Shown here: positions 25,145 to 32,000 of the stretch, in pieces
Layout: every line of letters starts with the position of its first letter
Numbering within the stretch: the stretch's first letter is position 1
DNA from: Promethearchaeota archaeon
GTDB taxonomy: Archaea > Asgardarchaeota > Lokiarchaeia > Sigyniarchaeales > SOKP01
DNA: 32,000 nt
Direction: 5' to 3'
Assembly: GCA_030606485.1 (NCBI GenBank)
Contig: JAUWGH010000002.1
Location: forward strand, 90,001-122,000
Notes under the pieces: model-generated
What the model was told of the DNA's origin: nothing
Databases searched by the model: none
What the model saw: the letters and a program-made list of their open reading frames with translations, nothing else
Translations under genes and position numbers: made by a program

Positions 25145-28100
25145 CTACTTTTTCCCTCCTTTATCGATTTTTTTATCAATTAAAACCATTTCTTTCTCTT
25201 TTTTCCTGAATCGCTTATAAACAATATAAAGTCCAACGGCAACACCAATTATAACGAATGTCATAATAAGTTGGATGTAATTGGGAGAAACTAAGACATT
25301 CATTGTGTTTATCGCAATTATTAAGCCACTTTTATCATGCATAACAACATCTATTTTTTTCCACCCTTCACTTAGAGAAACAGAAACAATTTTAGATGTA
25401 GTAATTCCTTGACTCATACCATTTACGAAAACTTCAAAATAGTCATAATTTGAATCTGTGTCCCATTCAATGTTGAAATTATGAGAAGTTATAATTTGTT
25501 CATTAATCGGATTTAAGATATCAATTTTAAATTTAGAATTAATACAGAATATTAACTCTTCCCTGCTAATTAAAAGTTCATTTCTTCCATCTTCGTTTAA
25601 ATCAATAATTGGATATACTGAATCTACGTCTATATTAATTCTATAAAGCGTGGTACGGTTGATTACATCCAAAATTTCAGTTATTTTAACTCCCATATAT
25701 ACTTGACCACCCCATTCTGTAGTCGTTAAAGTATATGAATTACGTTCAATAAGAATCTCACTTTTGTTATCTCCGTTAACATCTCCAATATTTTCGATAG
25801 AATAGACAAATTCATATTCTTCCCAGGGATAAGGAATAGTACAACTATAAGAATCAAATTCCCAATAATATCCAGTTAATTCAATTGCATTATTTTCATC
25901 ACTGTTATAAATATCATAAAAATTCGCTGATGATCCTTTACAGTAATCCCCCCATGAACCCCCCCAGCTTTGTACTTGTAAACCAACCATTGCATCTGAT
26001 ATTCCATCATTGTTACAATCTCCAATTGATACAAATGGCATTTTGAGTTTATTTTGATCCGAAGAACTACCACTTGGCAAATATGTATTTTGTAATAGTT
26101 TCCGGAACAAAATATTAGGATTTGAATCACTAGAATTTCTACCATATATAATGATTTCCGTACCCCAAGTATAAATTTCTTGTGTTAACCCAATAGAAGA
26201 ATATAAACCTACATGATCAAGGTAATTATCTCCATCAAAATCTTCATAAGAAATTAATAGTCTATATCCAGCACCATCTGAACTAAAATCTATACTTCCC
26301 ACAGTCATAGAACCGCCATATGAAATTAAATTATTCACAGGTATTTTACTGACTATGGATCGACTATTAACGTCAATAATTTGAATATAAGTAAGCCCAA
26401 GCACTTCGTATTCAGGATCCCATTCATACGGATGAACCCATCCGTATTCCCCTATAATGATTCCAATTTTTCCATCTTTTGATATGGCTGTTTTTCCAGG
26501 AAATTCATAAAGATAATCACCAGAACCCGAAAGGAATGATGGGGTTATTTCCCATGTATAATCCATTTTAACTTTAGATTCGATATAATTATCAAAATGT
26601 GTTATTTGAGAATCCCAATGAGGATCGCTTATTAATTTATGAGAGCAATTATAATTTTCCCCAAATTGAAATTTTCCACTTATTAGCCAACTATTCAAAC
26701 TGTTATTCAACGGTATAATTTGAACATAATAATTGGGAATATATTTCGGATTAATACTCCATTTAGTGAAAACCTCTTTATTTTTAATATCAAAAAGACG
26801 TATTCTAGTGCTCCAATTTGTATATCCAAGTAAAGATAAACTTTCAACTCCAATTACTGCAACTACATCTAAATATTCATCGTCGGTACCATTAATTACT
26901 TCAAAATCTTGAATTTCTAAATTCAAAAGATTCTCACATGTGAACGAGTCTTCAGCATATTTCAATATATAACGCATATCATATTGATGTCCAAATAAAC
27001 CCCAATAGAACGCCCCAATTCCAAAATAATCAATTGTTAAATTAAAGGGTTCATTGCCATTAGTTACATTGATACGAATTCGAATGTTATGATTTGAATC
27101 TAGGAAATTTGTCAACCGTGTTTTACTTTTATAATCAAATTCTACGAAAGGATCAGCGTTTTCAGTTCCACGCGTAATGAGATACATATGATCATATTTA
27201 TAACTATTTGTTAAGTTAAAATATGTATAATTGGTTCTATCAGTAGTATTAAAACCTCCATAAAGATCAGGATAAGTATGATTATTCCAAGTGTGATTTA
27301 GATAACTCCAGTTGCATAAAACCCATTTATCACTCAATACATCATAAATTTCATATGTAAAATTATACCAATTAGAACTTGATGTATTTACAGCTACTCT
27401 AGTTTGCATTTTGAAAGCAGAAAATCTTTCAATTTGGGAAAGAGTATATTCCATAACGCCTAATGATCTATCATCGCTAAAATCTACAGGTATTGTTAGA
27501 TTAAATAAGACTTTCCATAAATTTCCAGATTGATTAGCTTTAATACTATAATTTCCTCCTTGTTTATCCCATAAATCAACTTTATTTCCTGAAGATTCAC
27601 CCCATTCGATTTGTATATCATCTACATGTAATAATGTTGAAATCTCCCATTCATTTTCCCACGAAATATCACTCCCAGAAATCCAACTACTAGGAATTTT
27701 ATTACTTATTCTATTATAAATATGAAATTCTCCAGAATCAATTTCAGTAGGATTATAATATGGTCCAGTATATTCATAGTGTCGATAAAATTTATATGGG
27801 AAACCCAATAATGAAGTGTCCCATAATATTACACCATTTGAACCATTAATTGCCAAAATTCTTGTATACTCAGATAATAAGGCTCTATAGATATTATCTG
27901 AGGTAGAACCTGAAGGAAGCGTATTTTCGCCTGATAGGGTTTTTATAATACTAGTAATTTCAGATGGAATTTTGGAGGGTATAATCCATGCGGCATAATC
28001 ATCAATATCATCATCATTTATATCTCCTATATTTAATAGATAATGTCCTTCCTTTTTTTCTGGAATATAATTCCCAGAGATGCTATAATCGACCTCATCA

Positions 28101-29533
28101 TTATCTATATAAACAATTGTTGGATTTTCTGATTCTTTATCATTAATATCATATCGATTAATTACTGATGTCTTAGGTTCCCAACCATCTTTTGCAAGTG
28201 AATACATATAAATTTGGATACTAGATGTTAAGTTAATTATTTCCGGATAAGAACCAAAATAGAATTGGTCACTTGACCAATTTAAACTAGCTGTAATATT
28301 AATTTTATCAAATCCAGATTCTGGGTTAATGTTGAATATCTTACCGTAAATTAGATATTTTTCTGGTGTTGTATAATCAAGGTCGCAAGCAATTGATATA
28401 TATTCAGTTATATTATCTTTGTTAATGTCTGGAATTTCGTATATTTTTACGCCTGATTTCATAAATATTCTTTTTACTGATGTATAAGGAGATGTTGAGA
28501 TACTGGACCAAAGTGGTATTGTGATATATGTCATATTAAAACACATAACGTTATCAAGCTCATTTCCAGATAATCCTGAAATTATTCTTAAATATCCATC
28601 ATCAGCAGCAATTAAGACATCATCTATGCCGTCATAGTCTGCGTCGCTTATAATTTTAATATCATCAATAGAATTTTGTACTTTTTCTGTGTCATAACCA
28701 AATATTGTTCTAATTGGTATGCTTGCAACATCGATAAGATGACTCCATAAATTTGTTCCATCTTTTGAATCAAATGCTCCCAATTTTCCCTCCTCTGAAC
28801 CTGCGATAATGGTATCAAATCCATTTCCATTTATATCTTCTAATACTTCTAATTTCCAAACATCGTTAGTGAAATCATTGCTATTTATCCATAATTCGTT
28901 ACCATCTTTTCCGCTTACAACAATCAGCCTAAACCATGAGGTTATAGCGATATCTGGTATAGAATCATCATTAATATCATTTATTACTTTAATATCCCAA
29001 GCATGAGTAATAAAATCATGTGTAGCATATGTTGTCGGGTCAATTCCTTCTATTGCTGGTTTAAATTTCCATATTTCCGAGCCATTGTTTGAAGTTATTG
29101 CAATTAAATTTGGATAATCTTGATCATAAGTGATAAGAACAAGATCGTAAGCAGAATCACCCGAGATGTCCTTGATTATATCAAAATTAATAACAGGTCC
29201 AAATGTTCTATAACTTATATTAATAAAACCATCTAATGAGATTGTAGCAATGCCCTCATTTGTTCCAACAACTATATATTTTTCTCCACTATCGGTAAAA
29301 TTAACTAATCTGGGTTGCATTGTAGCACCAGTACCAGGTAATCCTTTACCTAATTTCCACAGTATTGGATCGATCCCTGAATCAACCGTTTGGGTTTTAA
29401 TGCAGTTGTTATTTAAATCATTTTTAACATGATTAAATGGAAATATATTAATAAACGGCACTAACGTAATAAAAATCACAATATATGCTGCAACAATTTT
29501 TTTAGTAATTTTTGAATTCAGTTTGACCTTCAT
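25145..29533 (-). CDS. Large membrane-anchored surface protein with FG-GAP/PQQ-like beta-propeller repeats and a membrane-proximal Ig-like domain
   Basis: N-terminal hydrophobic signal/anchor. About 10 DxNxDG-type Ca2+-binding loops (DISGDSAYD, DINDDSIPD, DINGNGFDT, DADYDGIDD, DINKDNITE, GDINDDDIDD, DFDGDNYLD, GDCNNDGISD, GDVNGDNKSE, DLNEDGRNE), alternating with S.KDG..LW PQQ-like motifs. C-terminal TM followed by KRFRKK. Confidence 0.85.
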   Translation of the reverse strand: MKVKLNSKITKKIVAAYIVIFITLVPFINIFPFNHVKNDLNNNCIKTQTVDSGIDPILWKLGKGLPGTGATMQPRLVNFTDSGEKYIVVGTNEGIATISLDGFINISYRTFGPVINFDIIKDISGDSAYDLVLITYDQDYPNLIAITSNNGSEIWKFKPAIEGIDPTTYATHDFITHAWDIKVINDINDDSIPDIAITSWFRLIVVSGKDGNELWINSNDFTNDVWKLEVLEDINGNGFDTIIAGSEEGKLGAFDSKDGTNLWSHLIDVASIPIRTIFGYDTEKVQNSIDDIKIISDADYDGIDDVLIAADDGYLRIISGLSGNELDNVMCFNMTYITIPLWSSISTSPYTSVKRIFMKSGVKIYEIPDINKDNITEYISIACDLDYTTPEKYLIYGKIFNINPESGFDKINITASLNWSSDQFYFGSYPEIINLTSSIQIYMYSLAKDGWEPKTSVINRYDINDKESENPTIVYIDNDEVDYSISGNYIPEKKEGHYLLNIGDINDDDIDDYAAWIIPSKIPSEITSIIKTLSGENTLPSGSTSDNIYRALLSEYTRILAINGSNGVILWDTSLLGFPYKFYRHYEYTGPYYNPTEIDSGEFHIYNRISNKIPSSWISGSDISWENEWEISTLLHVDDIQIEWGESSGNKVDLWDKQGGNYSIKANQSGNLWKVLFNLTIPVDFSDDRSLGVMEYTLSQIERFSAFKMQTRVAVNTSSSNWYNFTYEIYDVLSDKWVLCNWSYLNHTWNNHTYPDLYGGFNTTDRTNYTYFNLTNSYKYDHMYLITRGTENADPFVEFDYKSKTRLTNFLDSNHNIRIRINVTNGNEPFNLTIDYFGIGAFYWGLFGHQYDMRYILKYAEDSFTCENLLNLEIQDFEVINGTDDEYLDVVAVIGVESLSLLGYTNWSTRIRLFDIKNKEVFTKWSINPKYIPNYYVQIIPLNNSLNSWLISGKFQFGENYNCSHKLISDPHWDSQITHFDNYIESKVKMDYTWEITPSFLSGSGDYLYEFPGKTAISKDGKIGIIIGEYGWVHPYEWDPEYEVLGLTYIQIIDVNSRSIVSKIPVNNLISYGGSMTVGSIDFSSDGAGYRLLISYEDFDGDNYLDHVGLYSSIGLTQEIYTWGTEIIIYGRNSSDSNPNILFRKLLQNTYLPSGSSSDQNKLKMPFVSIGDCNNDGISDAMVGLQVQSWGGSWGDYCKGSSANFYDIYNSDENNAIELTGYYWEFDSYSCTIPYPWEEYEFVYSIENIGDVNGDNKSEILIERNSYTLTTTEWGGQVYMGVKITEILDVINRTTLYRINIDVDSVYPIIDLNEDGRNELLISREELIFCINSKFKIDILNPINEQIITSHNFNIEWDTDSNYDYFEVFVNGMSQGITTSKIVSVSLSEGWKKIDVVMHDKSGLIIAINTMNVLVSPNYIQLIMTFVIIGVAVGLYIVYKRFRKKEKEMVLIDKKIDKGGKK

Positions 29534-29676
29534 TTTTAAATCTCATTAAATCTTGTTAATAAATTTATTATTACATAGAATTAAGGTTTAAAAGTAATCT
29601 AAGGATATTATTATTCGCTTCTATTATTTAATATTTTGTATTTTGTTAAAAAATTTAATTAATAATCGGATCTGAT

Positions 29677-30426
29677 ATGAAAGAAATTGATAAAATAGTT
29701 GAACTTTTAAAATATAAAACAAATTTCGATGATCTTAATGATGAATTTATTGATGAACTAAATAATCGAATTCTTAATTTTGCTAAAAATCCAAGTTCTA
29801 ACGATTTAAAAACACTTTTGTCTGTAATAAAAACAAAACCACAAGATTTAATTGCAAAAATCATATTAAATCTTGTTTATACAATCGGAGAAATCGGAAA
29901 AAAGGTTGAAATTCCATCAGATATAATCAATTTTTTAATTAATTTTTATTTTAAATCTGATCAATGGGTAAGAAAAGAAATTGTTGAATCATTAGGAAAA
30001 ATTGGAACCAATCAAAATCTAGATGAGAAATCGCTTAGATTATTATACAACTCTTTAAATGATGATTACGCTGATTTGAGGTTAAAAGCTTTAGAAATCT
30101 TAGCCGCAAATGAAAAACATCATTCAATTAAATATGTTTACATACTTATATCTTTATTAGATAATCAAAATCCTGTCATAAAAGAGAATGCATCAAAAAT
30201 TTTGAAGATGCTTATAAAAGAAGAAAGCATTTTAATTGAAATTTTAACTAATTCAAAATTAAAATTAAATAAATTTCACATAAGGAATTTGATAGTTCTG
30301 TTTTCAGATTCTGTTTTCAAATTGCACAAATTGAAAGAAGCAATAGGTAAATCGGATTTGTCAGACGAAATTAAGGTGATGTTTTTTTCGGAGATTGATA
30401 CTATAATTAAAATAATAAGTAAATAA
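29677..30426 (+). CDS. HEAT-repeat protein
   Basis: DQWVRKEIVESLGKIG, LNDDYADLRLKALEIL and LLDNQNPVIKENASKIL. Confidence 0.8.
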   Translation: MKEIDKIVELLKYKTNFDDLNDEFIDELNNRILNFAKNPSSNDLKTLLSVIKTKPQDLIAKIILNLVYTIGEIGKKVEIPSDIINFLINFYFKSDQWVRKEIVESLGKIGTNQNLDEKSLRLLYNSLNDDYADLRLKALEILAANEKHHSIKYVYILISLLDNQNPVIKENASKILKMLIKEESILIEILTNSKLKLNKFHIRNLIVLFSDSVFKLHKLKEAIGKSDLSDEIKVMFFSEIDTIIKIISK

Positions 30427-30436
30427 GAAATATTTT

Positions 30437-31999
30437 CTACTTTTGTTTTTTTGTGATATCTACAGTGAAGGTTGTAATTCCTCCTTCAATTTGCGTTCCA
30501 ATCAATGGATATCCTGAATTGTGAATTATATGAAGCATTGGTTTATTCTCCAAGAGTATTGACCCAGAAAATGAATTATATCGCAATTCACGTGCAATAG
30601 TTGCTAAATAATGTAATAAAAATTTCGAAATGCCCAATCCTCGCCATTCTTTACGCACAGTAAAAGCTAATTCACTATTTGAGGGCATATTCGTCTTGAA
30701 AAACCCACCAATTCCCACGATTTTTGTATTTCCATTATTTTCATATATTGCAACCATGATCATATCCGTTGAATAGTCAATATTAACAAATGGTTGAATT
30801 TTCTTATGTCGAAAATCTACTATAGGCGAAAAGAAACGATAATATCGATCTTGTTTATCTAAGGAATAGTAAAGGTCTTGTAACATTCTTTCATCAGTTG
30901 GCTTTATAGGCCGAATTTCTAATGAAACGTTATTTGATAAGATTAATCGAGTCTCATATTTTTCAGGATATAGACTAATTCTCCCATCAACAGAAATAGG
31001 TAATATTTGATCTGAATACACATAATGCCAATTTTTAGCATGTTCTAATAATTCTTCTCGGAAATCCGGATGCGCTATATTAATCATCTGAAGAACTCTT
31101 TCTCTTATACTTTTTCCATATAAATATGCTATTCCCCATTCAGTTATAACGTAATGAACATCTCCACGTGTAATAACAACTCCTGTCCCTGTTGCTAAAT
31201 AAGGAACTATTCTTGAAACTACTTTTCCATCTGATAGAACAGCTATTGAAGGCAAGACTATAATTGGTTTTCCTTCTTTACATCTTCCCGCTCCTCTAAT
31301 AAAATCTACTTGCCCTCCTATGCCACTATAAAAATTATGTCCAAGAGAATCGGCATTAACTTGCCCTGTTAAATCAACAGTGAGTGCTGCATTTATTGCA
31401 ACTTGCTTCCTATTTTGGGCAATAATGAATGGATCATTAACATAATCAGATGGGTAAAATTCAACACTTGGGTTATCATCAACAAAGTCATAAAGTCTGC
31501 GTGAACCCATTACAAAAGAAACTATAATTTTATCTTTATGAATTGTTTTCTTTTTACAAGTAACAATACCTTTTTCAACTAAATCAACCATACCATCTGA
31601 GAAAACCTCACTATGAACTCCAAGATCTTTTTTATCATCTAAATATCTCGTAAATGCATTAGGAATCTGACCAATACCCATTTGTAGAGTTGACTCATTT
31701 TCAATTAATGAAGCTACAAATTTACCAATCTTATTCGCAACCTCATTTGGAGGTTCATAATTGAATTCAATTATATTATGATCAGATAAAATAAATGCAT
31801 CAATATCATCCATATGAATAAATGAATTACCCAATGTTCTCGGCATATTGGGATTGATTTCGGCTACGACAAAATTAGCTTCTTCCGTGATTGGTTTTAC
31901 AATATCGACATTAATTCCGTAACTACAGAATCCAAATTTGTCTGGAGTGCTAATTTGGATAAGAGAAGTATCCAAATGCATGCGTCCTTGCTTAAAAAG
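30437..31999 (-). CDS. Acetyl-CoA hydrolase/CoA-transferase (4-hydroxybutyrate CoA-transferase-like) fused to a C-terminal GNAT acetyltransferase; 5' partial
   Basis: The frame is open to the window edge (LFKQGRMHLD...). TLQMGIGQIP, LGVHSEVFSDG (catalytic Glu), YSGIGGQVDF and TRGDVHYVITEWG. The GNAT part shows IRPIKPTDE....Y..L....RYYRFF and ELAFTVRKEWRGLGIS. Confidence 0.9.
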   Translation of the reverse strand, partial: LFKQGRMHLDTSLIQISTPDKFGFCSYGINVDIVKPITEEANFVVAEINPNMPRTLGNSFIHMDDIDAFILSDHNIIEFNYEPPNEVANKIGKFVASLIENESTLQMGIGQIPNAFTRYLDDKKDLGVHSEVFSDGMVDLVEKGIVTCKKKTIHKDKIIVSFVMGSRRLYDFVDDNPSVEFYPSDYVNDPFIIAQNRKQVAINAALTVDLTGQVNADSLGHNFYSGIGGQVDFIRGAGRCKEGKPIIVLPSIAVLSDGKVVSRIVPYLATGTGVVITRGDVHYVITEWGIAYLYGKSIRERVLQMINIAHPDFREELLEHAKNWHYVYSDQILPISVDGRISLYPEKYETRLILSNNVSLEIRPIKPTDERMLQDLYYSLDKQDRYYRFFSPIVDFRHKKIQPFVNIDYSTDMIMVAIYENNGNTKIVGIGGFFKTNMPSNSELAFTVRKEWRGLGISKFLLHYLATIARELRYNSFSGSILLENKPMLHIIHNSGYPLIGTQIEGGITTFTVDITKKQK

Positions 32000-32000
32000 A

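Noticed and set aside
25145-25260. Cytoplasmic tail of the FG-GAP protein as an integrin-like signalling tail
   Set aside because: There is no GFFKR-like motif; KRFRKK is adequately explained as a positive-inside stop-transfer signal.
27900-28060. Abrupt transition after GDINDDDIDD in the FG-GAP protein, suggesting an internal deletion or assembly collapse between repeats
   Set aside because: The frame is intact and I have no homologue for comparison, so this cannot be supported from the sequence alone.
23731-29864. Short ORFs within or opposite the ABC, FG-GAP and HEAT genes (23731+, 25876-, 28648-, 28809+, 29250+, 29655-)
   Set aside because: Alternative-frame or antisense shadows of long supported CDSs.
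1-32000. Search for tRNA/rRNA genes, CRISPR arrays, IS elements and selenoprotein (in-frame TGA/SECIS) signals
   Set aside because: I saw no GC-rich structured RNA islands, repeat-spacer arrays or transposase motifs, and no gene that continues past a TGA. This was a by-eye check, so small ncRNAs could be missed.

Overview
AT-rich (visually about 28-30% GC) chromosomal window that most likely comes from an Asgard archaeon (Lokiarchaeia/Promethearchaeota). The basis is an archaeal-type MetRS and PurD, a longin-small GTPase fusion, and many zinc-ribbon and HEAT proteins; this assignment is an inference. It holds about 26 protein-coding genes. I saw no rRNA, tRNA, CRISPR array or transposase. Housekeeping anchors are metG and purD, plus an MFS transporter, an ABC-2 transporter and a CoA-transferase-GNAT fusion. 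The most interesting signals are: (i) a highly divergent RtcB-family RNA ligase with an altered metal motif; (ii) a stand-alone MnhC/MnhD-like pair that has lost the canonical ion-pumping residues; (iii) a longin-Arf-like GTPase fusion with degenerate switch motifs; (iv) a coupled pair of genes encoding a CBS membrane protein and a membrane protein with an RGG/Tyr-Trp-rich N-terminal tail, upstream of a non-catalytic eIF2B-like gene; (v) a vWA plus double C4HC3 protein with TFIIH p44/Ssl1-like architecture; (vi) a ribbon-helix-helix gene preceded by four helically phased ACATT repeats; (vii) a membrane-protein gene interrupted by a single in-frame amber codon; and (viii) a 1462-aa FG-GAP surface protein coupled to an ABC-2 transporter. 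All family assignments come from reading motifs by eye; no searches were run.
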